The position numbers and the translations under genes were made by a program. From an uncultured Chloroflexia bacterium (GTDB taxonomy: Bacteria > Chloroflexota > Dehalococcoidia > Dehalococcoidales > Fen-1064), in the NCBI GenBank assembly GCA_963772985.1, contig CAVYZP010000040.1:1410-65409 (forward strand): a stretch of 64,000 nt of DNA. The letters run 5' to 3'. The first letter of the stretch is position 1. The number at the start of each line of letters is the position of its first letter. Under the pieces are notes generated by a model, which worked only from the letters and a program-made list of their open reading frames with translations, had not been told where the DNA came from and made no database searches. This document shows, piece by piece, positions 9,789 through 20,896 of this stretch.

Positions 9789-12566
9789 ATGTCTGCTTCG
9801 CAAAATAAAAAAGCGCAAGGAATCCAAAAGGCAACCGATTTACGCTGTGAATATGCGGTCAATCCTCTCGGAATTGATGTAATTCAGCCCAGGTTTTCCT
9901 GGATTCTAAAACACGCGGAACGTGCCCGAATCCAATCGGCTTACCGGATTATTATTAGCAGCACTCCGGAAAATTTAAGCAAGGATACCGGCGATATCTG
10001 GGACAGTAAAAAAGTAAAATCTGAAAAATCGGTGAACGTGGAATACCATGGCAAACCGCTGGCCGGAAAAACTATTTATTACTGGAAAATCAAATGGTGG
10101 GATAACGCCGGGCAAGAGAGCCCCTTCAGCGATACCGCTACTTTCGAGATGGGGCTACTGTCGGTAAAAGACTGGCAGGGAAAGTGGATTGGCGGGGGAG
10201 ACCTGCTGCGCAAGCAATTTGCCGCCGGCCAAAAAGTGAAGCAGGCCAGAGCCTATATCTGCGGTTTGGGCTGGTATGAACTGAGGATTAACGGGCAGAA
10301 GGCCGGCGATAGTGAACTCGACCCGGGGCAAACCGACTATGACAAATCGGCGCTGTATTCCACTTTCGATGTGACCAATTTGTTGCGAAGAGGCGATAAT
10401 GCCGTCGGTGTGATGCTGGGGAACGGCCGGTACGCCGAAGATTGGTCTTCTAATCCGGGCATTAAAGACCGGTTGAAGACTTATAAAAACGCCGCGCCCA
10501 AGGTTATTTTACAGCTGGAAATACAGCTTGAAGACGGCAGTCTGCAGCAAATTACTACCGATTTAAGCTGGAAAACAGCCCCGGGCCCGATTACCGGAAA
10601 TGACATTTACGATGGGGAAACCTATGACGCCAGACTGGAAAAACCGGGTTGGGATAACCCGGGTTATGATGATTCAGATTGGCAAAAAGCGGTGCCTGTG
10701 GTGCCCCCGGATGGGCGACTGGTTTCACGGGGAACTTGCCCGGCGATTAAAAAGATAAAAATTACGCAGCCGATAATCATGTCCAACCCGTGTCCGGATA
10801 CCTTGGTCTATGATTTCGGTCAAAATTTTACAGGCTGGGTCAGACTGACGGTCTGCGGCCCTCGCGGCACCTCAGTAAAATTGAGATTTGCCGAATTACT
10901 GCAATCCGACGGCAATATTAATGTTGTTCCTAACAGGACTGCCAAAGTCACGGACACCTATATTTTAAAAGGTGAAGGCGTGGAAGTTTACGAACCGCGG
11001 TTCACTTATCATGGTTTCCGCTATGTGGAAGTGACCGGCTATCCCGGCACGCCGAATCTCGATACTGTTCAGGGTATTGTCGTGCACTCTGCCGTGAATC
11101 CGGTCGGCGGATTCCAATGTTCAAATCAGCTGATTAACAACATTCACCAAAACGTGCTCTGGACGCAGTTAAGCAACCTGATGAGCATCCCGACCGATTG
11201 TCCCCAGCGGAACGAGAGGATGGGCTGGCTGGGGGACGCGCAGCTCGTACTGGAAGAATCAATCTTTAATTTCGATATGGCGGCTTTTTACACCAAATGG
11301 CTGCGGGATATCCGCGATTCGCAAAAAGCCGACGGCAGCATTTCAGATGTAGTGCCGCCGCAATGGCAGCGTTATCCGGCTGACCCACCGTGGGGCACTG
11401 CCTGTGTTGTCATTCCCTGGTACCTTTATTTATATTATGATGACGTCCGGGTGCTGGCAGAGAACTACTCACTGATGAAAGGCTGGGTTGATTATTTATC
11501 CGGGATCAGCGAGGGCCATATCGTCCGGTTCAGCAAATACGGCGACTGGTGTCCACCGGGCAAGGTACGCTCCCTGGATACCCCCGGGGAATTAATTTCC
11601 ACCTGGTGTTACTATCATGATTTACTGCATTTAGCTAAAATAGCCGGCATTTTGAGGAAATCCGCCGATGCGGAAAAATATGCTAAACTGTCTGAAGCCA
11701 CTAAAAAAGCATTTAACCGTGAGTTCCTGGAAGAGGATTACTACAGCCACAATTCTAAAACTGCGGATGCGCTACTGCATTTTGAGCTGTGTCCCGATTA
11801 CGACATGAAAGGTTACCGCAAGCGGGTGTTGTATTCGCAAACGGCCAACGTGCTGCCGCTGTACCTGGAGATGACGCCGGAAAACAAAAAAGCCGCGGTT
11901 TCACAAAACCTTTTCGAGAATGTGGAAGTTACTTACGGCAGCCATCTGAACACGGGGATACTGGGCACCAGATACCTCCTGGATACCCTGACCAAATACG
12001 GGCGGAGTGATTTAGCTTACAGCGTGGCAACACAGACCAGCTATCCAAGCTGGGGCTATATGATCAAAGAAGGGGCCACCACGCTCTGGGAAAGATGGGA
12101 ATATATGGCTGGAGGCGGCATGAATTCCCACAACCATATCATGTTCGGCAGCGTGGATACCTGGTTTTACCGGGTGCTGGCCGGTATTAACTTGGACTCC
12201 ACAGGATGTGGGTTCAGCAAGGTTGTTATTAAGCCGTATTTCCCGGCAGACCTCGATTATGTGAGCGCTTCGGTAGATACCGTCCGGGGGTTGGTGTCCT
12301 CAAGCTGGCGGAAAGTAGCGGATGGGTTAGCATTGGATGTTACTTTGCCGGTCAATAGTACCGGAAAAATTTGCCTGCACTTAGCAGGATTAAAGAATCC
12401 GGTGGTGAAAGAAAACGGTAGGGTAATTTACCGGAAAGACGGTTTTGTGCATGGTGCTGCCGGCGTCACCGGCGGGAAACAGGAAGATGATTATCTTGTT
12501 TTTAACGTCGGGTCAGGGAACTACTCATTTTGGATTGGAGAGGGCACAGTCTCTGCCTTAAAATAA
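9789..12566 (+). CDS. alpha-L-rhamnosidase, glycoside hydrolase family 78
   Basis: 925 aa. N-terminal LRCEYAVNPLGID and catalytic-domain DCPQRNERMGWLGDAQ are typical of GH78. GGGGAGG lies upstream of the ATG. Confidence 0.85.
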   Translation: MSASQNKKAQGIQKATDLRCEYAVNPLGIDVIQPRFSWILKHAERARIQSAYRIIISSTPENLSKDTGDIWDSKKVKSEKSVNVEYHGKPLAGKTIYYWKIKWWDNAGQESPFSDTATFEMGLLSVKDWQGKWIGGGDLLRKQFAAGQKVKQARAYICGLGWYELRINGQKAGDSELDPGQTDYDKSALYSTFDVTNLLRRGDNAVGVMLGNGRYAEDWSSNPGIKDRLKTYKNAAPKVILQLEIQLEDGSLQQITTDLSWKTAPGPITGNDIYDGETYDARLEKPGWDNPGYDDSDWQKAVPVVPPDGRLVSRGTCPAIKKIKITQPIIMSNPCPDTLVYDFGQNFTGWVRLTVCGPRGTSVKLRFAELLQSDGNINVVPNRTAKVTDTYILKGEGVEVYEPRFTYHGFRYVEVTGYPGTPNLDTVQGIVVHSAVNPVGGFQCSNQLINNIHQNVLWTQLSNLMSIPTDCPQRNERMGWLGDAQLVLEESIFNFDMAAFYTKWLRDIRDSQKADGSISDVVPPQWQRYPADPPWGTACVVIPWYLYLYYDDVRVLAENYSLMKGWVDYLSGISEGHIVRFSKYGDWCPPGKVRSLDTPGELISTWCYYHDLLHLAKIAGILRKSADAEKYAKLSEATKKAFNREFLEEDYYSHNSKTADALLHFELCPDYDMKGYRKRVLYSQTANVLPLYLEMTPENKKAAVSQNLFENVEVTYGSHLNTGILGTRYLLDTLTKYGRSDLAYSVATQTSYPSWGYMIKEGATTLWERWEYMAGGGMNSHNHIMFGSVDTWFYRVLAGINLDSTGCGFSKVVIKPYFPADLDYVSASVDTVRGLVSSSWRKVADGLALDVTLPVNSTGKICLHLAGLKNPVVKENGRVIYRKDGFVHGAAGVTGGKQEDDYLVFNVGSGNYSFWIGEGTVSALK

Positions 12567-12771
12567 TAATTAATTTTCCGGACGGACAATCACAAATCAA
12601 AACCGGTTACGCAGATTGCATTACTCATTTGGGCAGGATGCAACTGAAACCGGCGTAAAAATATTATATCCGGTGCAGGCAGCAACTTGACTTTTGTAGC
12701 ACTTTATTTGACTAATGGCTGCAGTTTGTGATTATAATAATAAGCCCTTTAAAATACGGTGAGACTGGTTG

Positions 12772-12801
12772 TTGACAGGCCGCTATTCACTGTGATACTA
12801 T
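12772..12801 (+). promoter_or_regulatory. putative sigma70-type promoter of the ribosomal protein supercluster
   Basis: TTGACA (12772-12777), 18-bp spacer, TGaTACTAT extended -10 (12793-12801). About 130 nt upstream of rpsL. Confidence 0.35.
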
Positions 12802-12929
12802 AACTATTTGTGCTCACCTTTTGGTCAAGCCAATAGTACAGCGCAACGCTAAACTCAACCGCGACATAAATGTTGAAGGATGAGCTGAGGCTCATCTTTT
12901 CAGTTGTAAAGGACAACAGGAGGACATAC

Positions 12930-13361
12930 TTGCCAACGATTAACCAGTTAGTCCGCAAGGGACGCAAACCGGGTGTGGACAAGACAAAAGCTCCGGCTTT
13001 GCATTACAACTATAACGCTTCAAAAAATAAGACCAGCTGGGGCGATGGTTCTCCCCAGAAGCGTGGAGTGTGTGTTCAGGTAAAAACCATGACCCCGAAG
13101 AAACCGAACTCGGCACTGCGGAAGATTGCCAGGGTTCGTTTAACCAATCAGATGGAAGTCACCGCTTATATTCCCGGTGAAGGTCATGAACTTCAGGAAC
13201 ACTCTGTTGTACTGGTTCGCGGCGGCAGGGTCAAGGATCTGCCGGGTGTCCGTTACCACATTATCCGCGGTGCGCTCGATACCACGGGCGTTGGAAAACG
13301 GCGCAGAGGTCGCAGTAAATACGGTAACAAACGGCCTAAAGCTGGAGCGGAGACTACCTAG
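12930..13361 (+). CDS. rpsL: 30S ribosomal protein S12
   Basis: TTG start 12930 after AGGAGGA. Translation is [12 protein letters not shown]...KKPNSALRK... The track ORF from 12870 includes a spurious leader. Confidence 0.95.
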   Translation: MPTINQLVRKGRKPGVDKTKAPALHYNYNASKNKTSWGDGSPQKRGVCVQVKTMTPKKPNSALRKIARVRLTNQMEVTAYIPGEGHELQEHSVVLVRGGRVKDLPGVRYHIIRGALDTTGVGKRRRGRSKYGNKRPKAGAETT

Positions 13362-13369
13362 GAGGAAAC

Positions 13370-13843
13370 ATGGCACGACGCGCTCGCACAATTAAAAGAA
13401 ATGAAGTAATGCCTGATGCAAAATATCAGAGCTTAACAGTTTCTAAATTGATGAATAGAATTATGAAACGCGGCAAGAAAAGCCGCGCTGAAGAAATAGT
13501 CTACGGGGCGATGGATTTAATGGGCAAGCAGGGTTCGAAAGACCCGGTGACCGATATGGAAACTGCCATTAAAAATATTACCCCCCAATTAAAAGTGAAA
13601 TCCCGCCGCGTCGGCGGTGCTACTTACCAGGTGCCGGTCGAGGTGCCGCCTCAGGTTGGCATGTCGCTGGCGCTTAGATGGCTGGTGGACGCCGCCCGGG
13701 CCAGAAGTGGTAAATCAATGGCGGAAAAACTGGCCGCCGAGATGAGCGATGCCGCAAAAGGCCAGGGTAATGCGGCGAAAAAACGTGAAGATACCCATAA
13801 GATGGCCGAAGCCAACCGTGCGTTTGCACATTACCGGTGGTAA
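13370..13843 (+). CDS. rpsG: 30S ribosomal protein S7
   Basis: 157-aa translation matching uS7 (...KSRRVGGATYQVPVEV...ANRAFAHYRW). str operon order. Confidence 0.95.
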   Translation: MARRARTIKRNEVMPDAKYQSLTVSKLMNRIMKRGKKSRAEEIVYGAMDLMGKQGSKDPVTDMETAIKNITPQLKVKSRRVGGATYQVPVEVPPQVGMSLALRWLVDAARARSGKSMAEKLAAEMSDAAKGQGNAAKKREDTHKMAEANRAFAHYRW

Positions 13844-13893
13844 TTTAAGGAGAACCGAACATTAATCCGCCAGTTACTTTAAAGGATAATACT

Positions 13894-15978
13894 ATGTCCC
13901 GAAGTTTTCCTCTGGAAAGAGTGAGAAATATAGGTATCATTGCGCATATCGATGCGGGGAAAACCACCCTCACCGAGAGCGTGTTATACTACACCGGCGT
14001 CACTTATAAGAAAGGCGGCGTCGATGAAGGCACTACCGTCACTGACTGGATGGAAGAAGAGAGAGCCCGCGGTATTACCATTACCTCCGCGGCTATCACC
14101 TGCCAGTGGAAAGAATTCCGCATCAACATTATTGATACTCCCGGCCACGTGGATTTCACTGCCGAAGTTGAAAGATGTCTGCGTGTGCTGGATGGCGGTG
14201 TGGTGCTATTTGATGCCGTGCAGGGTGTGGAAGCACAATCTGAAACCGTTTGGCGTCAAGCCGATAAATATCATGTACCGCGTATTTGCTTCGTCAACAA
14301 GATGGAACGTGTCGGCGCCAGTTTTGAACACACTGTGGAAATGATTGAAGGCCGTCTGCATGCCAAAGCCCTTCCCATCCAATTACCAATCGGCAGCGAG
14401 ACTTCTTTCCAGGGCGTTATCGATTTGATCGAAAATAAAGCCTACAGCAAAGACGGGGAACGGGACAAACCGGTGGAAGAGATAGCAATTCCCGCAGAAA
14501 TGCAGGAAAAAGTGAAAACGGCCCGTCATAACATGATAGAAAGAGTGGCCGAATCAGACGACCAGATGATTTCGCGATATCTTGACGGGGATGAATTTAC
14601 GGCAGAAGAAATCAGAGCCGCCATCAGGAAAGCCACTCTTGCGGCAAAACTGGTACCCTGTCTCTGCGGCAGTGCTTTATCCAATAAAGGCGTCAGGCCG
14701 CTGCTCGATGCAGTGGGTTATTATCTGCCTGCTCCGTCCGATATGCCGCCCACCAAAGCGGTAGATTATAAGAATAATAACGAATTGACCATGCAGGTCA
14801 GCGACAACGAACCTTTCACGGCCCTAGCTTTTAAAGTCGTAACCGACCCGTTCGTCGGCAGATTGGTATACTTCCGGGTTTATTCCGGCGTGGTCAAGGC
14901 CAGCGACCAGGTATTAAATGCCACCCGCGGCAAGCCCGAACGTATCGGCCGCTTGTTCCTGATGCATGCCAACAAACGCGAAGAACTCGAATACGCCGAC
15001 ACCGGTTCCATTGTCGCCACCCTCGGGCTAAAGAACACGTTCACCGGCGATACTTTAAGTAACATCGACCAGCCGGTTCTGCTGGAATCCATTAAGTTCC
15101 CCGAACCTGTGATTTCCATTGCCATCGAGCCTAAATCACGCTCCGACCAGGACAAAATGGGTGAAGCGCTCAGAAAACTTTCCGAAGAAGACCCCACATT
15201 CAAAGTTAAATATAATGAAGAGACCGGGCAGATTGTTATCTCCGGCATGGGCGAATTACACCTTGAAATTATCACCCACCGCATGCTGAGCGAATTCGGG
15301 GTCGGCGCTAATGTCGGCAACCCCCGTGTTGCTTACAAAGAAACCATCACTCAGAAAGCGGAAGCGGAAGGCAGATTTGTCCGGCAAAGCGGCGGTAAAG
15401 GCCAATACGGCGATTGCTGGCTGGAAGTTGAGCCGGCAGCCCCCGGTTCAGGTTTTGAATTTGCCGAAAGAATTAAAGGCGGTACCATCCCGCGTAATTA
15501 TATCCCGGCAATTGAAAAAGGTGTTAAAGCCGCGTGCGAAACCGGTACCTTGGCCGGTTATCCGATTGTCGATATTAAAGTTACCGTCTTTGATGGCAGT
15601 TATCATGAAGTTGACTCCAATGAAAATGCTTTCGCGATGGCCGGTTCGATGGGGTTGAAGGCAGCGGTGCATAAGGCCAAACCGGTTATCCTCGAGCCCA
15701 TCATGAAAATGGAAGTGGTTAGTCCAAAAGAGTTTATGGGCGATGTTATCGGCGATATCTCATCCCGCCGCGCGCATATCGAGTTGATTGAAAACCGCAG
15801 CGATATGGTTATTATTTCAGCATTGATTCCCTTGTCCGAAACATTCGGGTATACTACCGCATTAAGGTCCGAGACTCAGGGCCGGGCCAGCCAATCAATT
15901 GAATTTCACAGTTATCAGGAAATACCCGCATTTTTATTAAAAGAATTGACAGATAAAACAGGAACAAAAAATGGCTAA
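13894..15978 (+). CDS. fusA: elongation factor G
   Basis: 694 aa. G motifs [14 protein letters not shown] and NKMD, plus EF-G domains IV/V. Confidence 0.95.
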   Translation: MSRSFPLERVRNIGIIAHIDAGKTTLTESVLYYTGVTYKKGGVDEGTTVTDWMEEERARGITITSAAITCQWKEFRINIIDTPGHVDFTAEVERCLRVLDGGVVLFDAVQGVEAQSETVWRQADKYHVPRICFVNKMERVGASFEHTVEMIEGRLHAKALPIQLPIGSETSFQGVIDLIENKAYSKDGERDKPVEEIAIPAEMQEKVKTARHNMIERVAESDDQMISRYLDGDEFTAEEIRAAIRKATLAAKLVPCLCGSALSNKGVRPLLDAVGYYLPAPSDMPPTKAVDYKNNNELTMQVSDNEPFTALAFKVVTDPFVGRLVYFRVYSGVVKASDQVLNATRGKPERIGRLFLMHANKREELEYADTGSIVATLGLKNTFTGDTLSNIDQPVLLESIKFPEPVISIAIEPKSRSDQDKMGEALRKLSEEDPTFKVKYNEETGQIVISGMGELHLEIITHRMLSEFGVGANVGNPRVAYKETITQKAEAEGRFVRQSGGKGQYGDCWLEVEPAAPGSGFEFAERIKGGTIPRNYIPAIEKGVKAACETGTLAGYPIVDIKVTVFDGSYHEVDSNENAFAMAGSMGLKAAVHKAKPVILEPIMKMEVVSPKEFMGDVIGDISSRRAHIELIENRSDMVIISALIPLSETFGYTTALRSETQGRASQSIEFHSYQEIPAFLLKELTDKTGTKNG

Positions 15979-16279
15979 ACAAAAAATCCGTATCAAAATT
16001 AAAGGGTTCGACCACAAGGTCGTAGATCAATCAGCGCAGCAGATTGTGGAAACTGTTGAGCAGACCGGCGCTGTGGTAGTGGGTCCTATCCCGCTGCCGA
16101 CACGAATTGAGAAATTCAGTGTCATCCGTGCCAGTTTCATCGACAAGAATTCGCAGGAGCAATTCGAAGTCCGCACTCACAAACGTCTGATTGATATTGT
16201 GGAAACAACCTCGAAGACGATTGATTCGTTAACCAAGCTGAACCTCCCGTCGGGTGTTGAGCTGGATATAAAATTATAG
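15971..16279 (+). CDS. rpsJ: 30S ribosomal protein S10
   Basis: 102-aa uS10 ([17 protein letters not shown]...). The start overlaps the fusA stop by 8 nt. Confidence 0.95.
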   Translation: MAKQKIRIKIKGFDHKVVDQSAQQIVETVEQTGAVVVGPIPLPTRIEKFSVIRASFIDKNSQEQFEVRTHKRLIDIVETTSKTIDSLTKLNLPSGVELDIKL

Positions 16280-16296
16280 TAGATTAAATTGCCGGG

Positions 16297-16929
16297 ATGG
16301 AAGGAATGATTCCAGGAATTATCGGTAAAAAAATTGGTATGAGCCAGGTCTTCACTGACAGCGGTAAAGTAGAAGCTGTTACCGTCATCGAAGCAGGTCC
16401 GTGCACAGTTACTCAGATTAAAACCGCCGCCAAAGAAGGCTATGACGCTGTTCAGCTCGGGTTTGGCACAGCGAAAAAACTGAGTAAAGCAGAACAGGGA
16501 CACCTTAAGGAAATGGGGAAACTCAGGGAATTAAGAGAGTTCCGCGTTGCCAGTACGGACGAAGTAAAAGTCGGCGATAAAGTAGACGTGAGTCAGTTTA
16601 AATCCGGTGACTTCGTTAATGTTATCGGCGTCTCCAAAGGCAAAGGGTTTGCGGGTGTGGTCAAACGCCACGGCTTCAAAGGCGGACCGAAAACACACGG
16701 GCAGACCGACCGGAACCGCGCGCCGGGCGCCATCGGCGCCACCACCACACCGGGTCGCGTACTCAAAGGGTTACGCATGGCCGGCCACATGGGGCACGAA
16801 CAGGTTACCCAGAAAGGATTGAAAATTTACAAGACCGACCCCGAACACAATCTCCTGTTAGTTCAGGGAGCAGTGCCGGGCGCGAAGAACGGTTTATTAT
16901 TAATTAGTAAGTCGACTAAGAGGAAGTAG
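16297..16929 (+). CDS. rplC: 50S ribosomal protein L3
   Basis: uL3 translation (GIIGKKIGMSQVF...). ATG at 16306 is an alternative start. Confidence 0.93.
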   Translation: MEGMIPGIIGKKIGMSQVFTDSGKVEAVTVIEAGPCTVTQIKTAAKEGYDAVQLGFGTAKKLSKAEQGHLKEMGKLRELREFRVASTDEVKVGDKVDVSQFKSGDFVNVIGVSKGKGFAGVVKRHGFKGGPKTHGQTDRNRAPGAIGATTTPGRVLKGLRMAGHMGHEQVTQKGLKIYKTDPEHNLLLVQGAVPGAKNGLLLISKSTKRK

Positions 16930-16933
16930 GGAA

Positions 16934-17590
16934 ATGCAGGCTCCAGTTTATAACCTTGCGGGGGAAGTGGTAGAGAACATTGAAATCAGCGATAAGGTTT
17001 TTGGCACACCTTTTAACGAGGCAGTAGTGCATCAGTCTGTTCTCAGACAGCAGGCCAATGCCCGTCAGGGGAATGCCAGCACCAAAACTCGCGGCAATGT
17101 TTCAGGCAGCACCAGAAAGCTTTATAAGCAGAAAGGTACCGGTTCCGCTCGTGCGGGCAGTATCAAATCGCCACTGCGCCGCGGCGGCGGTATTGTCTTC
17201 GGCCCTCATCCCAGGGATTACCATCAGGCAATGCCGAAGAGCATGCGCCGGTTGGCCCTCAGATGTGTTCTTTCCGCCAAACTTGAGGACGGAGAAATGA
17301 AAATTCTGGAATCCTTGAAGCTTGACGGAATTAAAACGAAAAATGTAGTCAGTATTCTCGACGCAATGCAGGTGGATAATACCACTCTGGTAGTGACAGG
17401 GGAAGGCAATGTTAATTTAGTGAAATCTGCCCGGAACCTGCCCGGCGTCAAGACATTACCGGCCAATTTATTAAATGTCGTGGATATTATCTCTCATAAC
17501 ACGCTGCTGATGGATGTGGATGCAGTGCGCAAAGCCGAGCAGTTGTGGGGTGAGGGTTCATCTGGAGAAGAAAACAATGCAACTGCATGA
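16934..17590 (+). CDS. rplD: 50S ribosomal protein L4
   Basis: uL4 translation and S10-operon order. Confidence 0.93.
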   Translation: MQAPVYNLAGEVVENIEISDKVFGTPFNEAVVHQSVLRQQANARQGNASTKTRGNVSGSTRKLYKQKGTGSARAGSIKSPLRRGGGIVFGPHPRDYHQAMPKSMRRLALRCVLSAKLEDGEMKILESLKLDGIKTKNVVSILDAMQVDNTTLVVTGEGNVNLVKSARNLPGVKTLPANLLNVVDIISHNTLLMDVDAVRKAEQLWGEGSSGEENNATA

Positions 17591-17861
17591 AATTTTAAAG
17601 CGCCCTCTGATTACGGAAAAAAATGCGGCTTTACAACCTACCGGTAAATATGTCTTTGAGGTTGGCGGGCGCGCGAACAAAATGCAGATTAAAAATGCGG
17701 TGGAAGAAGCTTTCAAGGTTACTGTTACGGGTGTCAACATTATCACTATCCACAGTAAAGAAAAAAGAGTCGGCAGAAGATTAGTCATGACATCACCCTG
17801 GAAAAAAGCAATTGTCACGCTGAAAGAAGGCGATAAAATCGACCTGTTTGAGAGTTTATAA
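17577..17861 (+). CDS. rplW: 50S ribosomal protein L23
   Basis: ATG 17577 gives MQLHEILKRPLITEK..., the canonical uL23 N-terminus. The track ORF from 17514 is over-extended. Confidence 0.92.
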   Translation: MQLHEILKRPLITEKNAALQPTGKYVFEVGGRANKMQIKNAVEEAFKVTVTGVNIITIHSKEKRVGRRLVMTSPWKKAIVTLKEGDKIDLFESL

Positions 17862-17880
17862 GGCAAACGAGGGAAATTAA

Positions 17881-18711
17881 ATGGCAATAAAGATATACAA
17901 TCCAACTTCACCGGGTAGACGGGATGCCAGTACTCTCGCGAACGAAGAGATTACTAAAGGTTATCCGGAAAAAACGCTGGTGCTCTATAAGAAGAAGAGC
18001 GCCGGTAGAAATAACCTTGGTAAAGTTACTGTGCGCCATCAGGGCGGCGGTGTCAAACAGTTATTGAGAGTCATCGATTTCAAACGCGACAAAGTCGGGA
18101 TTCCCGGCAAAGTGTCTGCGATTGAATACGACCCGGGCCGGTCGGCGAATATTGCTTTGATATTTTATACCGACGGTGAAAAAAGATATATCATCTCCCC
18201 GGTTGGTTTAAAAGTAGGGGATACGATTCTATCCGGCGAAAATGCGGAAATTAAACCGGGTAATACCTTACCTTTAAAAAGTATCCCCACCGGTACGATG
18301 ATACATAACATCGAATTAATCAAAGGCAACGGCGGGAAGCTAGTGCGCAGCGCCGGTGGCGCCGCGCAGCTCCTGGCAAAAGAGGGAGAGGAAGTCCACA
18401 TCCGTTTGCCTTCCGGTGAAATGCGGCTTGTCCGGGCGGAATGCACGGCCACAATCGGGCAGGTCGGCAACATTGAATACCAGGGTGTACATATCGGAAA
18501 GGCAGGACGCAAGCGCTTAATGGGTTGGCGTCCGACAGTTAGAGGTTCGGCAATGAGTCCTCGCGACCATCCACATGGGGGCGGCGAGGGTAGAACCCCG
18601 ATCGGTATGCCGGGACCGAAGACCCCCTGGGGTAAACCGGCAATGGGTTATAAGACGCGTAAGACAAAATATTCAGACGGAATGATTATCAGGCGTCGAG
18701 GGAAGAAGTAA
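17881..18711 (+). CDS. rplB: 50S ribosomal protein L2
   Basis: 276-aa uL2 (…[13 protein letters not shown]…). Confidence 0.95.
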   Translation: MAIKIYNPTSPGRRDASTLANEEITKGYPEKTLVLYKKKSAGRNNLGKVTVRHQGGGVKQLLRVIDFKRDKVGIPGKVSAIEYDPGRSANIALIFYTDGEKRYIISPVGLKVGDTILSGENAEIKPGNTLPLKSIPTGTMIHNIELIKGNGGKLVRSAGGAAQLLAKEGEEVHIRLPSGEMRLVRAECTATIGQVGNIEYQGVHIGKAGRKRLMGWRPTVRGSAMSPRDHPHGGGEGRTPIGMPGPKTPWGKPAMGYKTRKTKYSDGMIIRRRGKK

Positions 18712-18714
18712 ACT

Positions 18715-19023
18715 ATGTCAAGGTCAACTAAAAAGGGACCAGCAGTAGACGCAAAATTAGTAAAAAGAGCACTGGCAGTCAGCCACAGCAGCGAAAAAAC
18801 TGTTCTTAAGACCTGGTCTCGCTGGTGTACGATCATCCCTGATTTTATCGGGTTGACTATTGCGGTCCATGATGGTAGACGGCATGTACCGGTTTATATC
18901 ACGGAAAACATGGTCGGTCATAGATTGGGTGAATTCGCTCCTACCCGCACCTTCAGAGGACATACGATTAAGGAAGAAGAAGCTCCCAAGAAAGCCGCCC
19001 CGGCTGCTGAAGCTACCAGTTAG
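18715..19023 (+). CDS. rpsS: 30S ribosomal protein S19
   Basis: uS19 (…[23 protein letters not shown]…) with a short Ala/Glu/Lys/Pro tail. Confidence 0.95.
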   Translation: MSRSTKKGPAVDAKLVKRALAVSHSSEKTVLKTWSRWCTIIPDFIGLTIAVHDGRRHVPVYITENMVGHRLGEFAPTRTFRGHTIKEEEAPKKAAPAAEATS

Positions 19024-19030
19024 GAGATAA

Positions 19031-19369
19031 ATGGAAGTTAAATCGGTTGTAAAAAATACAGGAACATCCCCGCGCAAGATGCGGCTGCTGATTGACATGG
19101 TACGTGGAAAGAGTGTTGATGAAGCACTGGTAATGCTGAAATTTACTCCTTCACCTCATGCCCGTATTGTCGCCAAGCTGATAAAAACGGCTGTGGCAGA
19201 TGCCGAAACGGCACATAATATGGCCGGCGCAAATTTGAAAGTATTAAAAATCTATTCCGATGAGGCAATGATTCTGAAACGGTATAAGGCGCGTTCCCGT
19301 CACCGCGTCAGTCCGATACAGAAGCGTTCCAGTCATATTACTGTCGTTGTTGGGGAACAGGAGGGCTAA
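19031..19369 (+). CDS. rplV: 50S ribosomal protein L22
   Basis: uL22 translation and operon order. Confidence 0.93.
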   Translation: MEVKSVVKNTGTSPRKMRLLIDMVRGKSVDEALVMLKFTPSPHARIVAKLIKTAVADAETAHNMAGANLKVLKIYSDEAMILKRYKARSRHRVSPIQKRSSHITVVVGEQEG

Positions 19370-20424
19370 TGGGACATAAGGTTCATCCGGTTGGTTTTAG
19401 ACTGGGTGTCATTAAAACTTGGGATTCCAAATGGTATTCCGACCGTCATTTCGTGACGTTTTTGCAGGAAGATCTGAAAATCCGCAAGGCCATCCAGTCG
19501 ATGTATCCTGAAGCAGGTGTATCTCTGGTTGAGATTGACCGTCAGGCAAACAATGTGTCCCTGACTATTCATACGGCACGGCCCGGCATCCTTATCGGGC
19601 GTGGTGGACAGCGCGTGGATGAAATGCGGAAATCGCTTGAGAAACTGATTTCCAAGAAAGTTCAATTAAATATCAGAGAAATCCAACAGCCTGAATTCGA
19701 TGCTTTCCTGGTGGCAAAGTCAATTGCCGAATCAATGGAAAGACGTGTCGCTTACCGGCGTGCATTGAAACAGGCTTTACAACGTTCAATCGTAGCCGGT
19801 GCCAAAGGGATGAGAATCCGCGCAGCCGGCCGTCTGGACGGGGCGGAAATCGCCCGTACTGTTACGATGCATGAGGGACGCGTCCCGCTGCATACGTTGC
19901 GTGCCGATATTGACTATGGTTTCACTGAAGCCAAAACTGTTATGGGCCGCATCGGCATCAAAGTCTGGATTTATAAAGGTGAAATACTCCCGGCTAAAGA
20001 GGAAGAAACCCCCGCTGAAGCCGTTGCGCAACCGGCAGCGACGCCTGAGGCGGAAGTAAAATCACCCGCAGTTGAACAGGCGATTAACGAGGCCCTGGCC
20101 GAGAAAATGGCCGCGGTGAAAGAAGAACAGGCAAAAGCGCTGGCGGAAAAGCACACCGTTAGAAGAATCCGCAAACCTGCGGCGGAAAAAACCGAAACCG
20201 CAGAAGCGCCGGCCGTTGTTGAAGCCGTCAAAGTTGAAAAACCGGCTGTCAAGAAAGTACGTAAACCTGCTGCCGAAAAAGTTGAAGAAACGGCAGTTGT
20301 AGAAGAAGCCGAAGAAAAGCACACAGCGAAAAAAACTACTCCGGCACCGGCGGCAGCGAAGCCGAAAGTTGTCAAGGCTAAGAAACCGTCCGATGTAACG
20401 GAAGAACCAACAGCGGAAAAGTAG
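19369..20424 (+). CDS. rpsC: 30S ribosomal protein S3 with a C-terminal low-complexity extension of about 140 aa
   Basis: N-terminal approximately 212 aa is canonical uS3 ([13 protein letters not shown]...KVWIYKGE). It is followed by an Ala/Glu/Lys/Pro-rich tail running to the stop at 20424. Confidence 0.93.
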   Translation: MGHKVHPVGFRLGVIKTWDSKWYSDRHFVTFLQEDLKIRKAIQSMYPEAGVSLVEIDRQANNVSLTIHTARPGILIGRGGQRVDEMRKSLEKLISKKVQLNIREIQQPEFDAFLVAKSIAESMERRVAYRRALKQALQRSIVAGAKGMRIRAAGRLDGAEIARTVTMHEGRVPLHTLRADIDYGFTEAKTVMGRIGIKVWIYKGEILPAKEEETPAEAVAQPAATPEAEVKSPAVEQAINEALAEKMAAVKEEQAKALAEKHTVRRIRKPAAEKTETAEAPAVVEAVKVEKPAVKKVRKPAAEKVEETAVVEEAEEKHTAKKTTPAPAAAKPKVVKAKKPSDVTEEPTAEK

Positions 20425-20434
20425 GGAGATTTTA

Positions 20435-20896
20435 ATGTTACAACCTAAAAGAGTAAAATTCCGCAAAGTTTCAAAAGGGCGCCGGAAAGGCACTGCCCAC
20501 TCCGGGGATGTTGTCACATTTGGTGATTATGGATTAAGAGCGGAAGAGTCCGTGTGGGTGACAGCGCGTCAAATCGAAGCAGCCCGCCGTGCCATTACGC
20601 ACTATGTGCGCCGCGGCGGAAAAGTTTATATCCGTATTTTCCCGGATAAAACAATTACCAAAAAACCGGCGGAAACTCGTATGGGTTCCGGCAAAGGCAC
20701 GCCGGACCATTGGGTGGCTGTAGTTAAACGCGGGCGCATCATGTTTGAAATGGGTGGGGTCGATGAGGCAACTGCCAAAGAAGCAATGCGTCTGGCAGCC
20801 AACAAATTACCGGTCGATGCCAAATTTGTTACCAGGAAGTCAAGCGGTCTGGGCAGCCTTACCAAGACCAGGGAGTTAGAGTCCGTTGAAAGTTAG
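20435..20896 (+). CDS. rplP: 50S ribosomal protein L16
   Basis: uL16 ([11 protein letters not shown]...). Confidence 0.95.
   Translation: MLQPKRVKFRKVSKGRRKGTAHSGDVVTFGDYGLRAEESVWVTARQIEAARRAITHYVRRGGKVYIRIFPDKTITKKPAETRMGSGKGTPDHWVAVVKRGRIMFEMGGVDEATAKEAMRLAANKLPVDAKFVTRKSSGLGSLTKTRELESVES

Noticed and set aside
12688-12738. Alternative rpsL promoter TTGACT-19-TATAAT (12708-12738)
   Set aside because: The 19-bp spacer is suboptimal. The downstream TTGACA-18-TGnTACTAT candidate fits better. Neither is verifiable without TSS data, so only the better one is listed.
19786-20517. Several 80-150-aa minus-strand ORFs inside the rpsC 3' extension
   Set aside because: They are antisense to the continuous S3 frame. 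They arise from low-complexity GC-rich codon repeats (GCN/GAA/AAA) that stay open in several frames.
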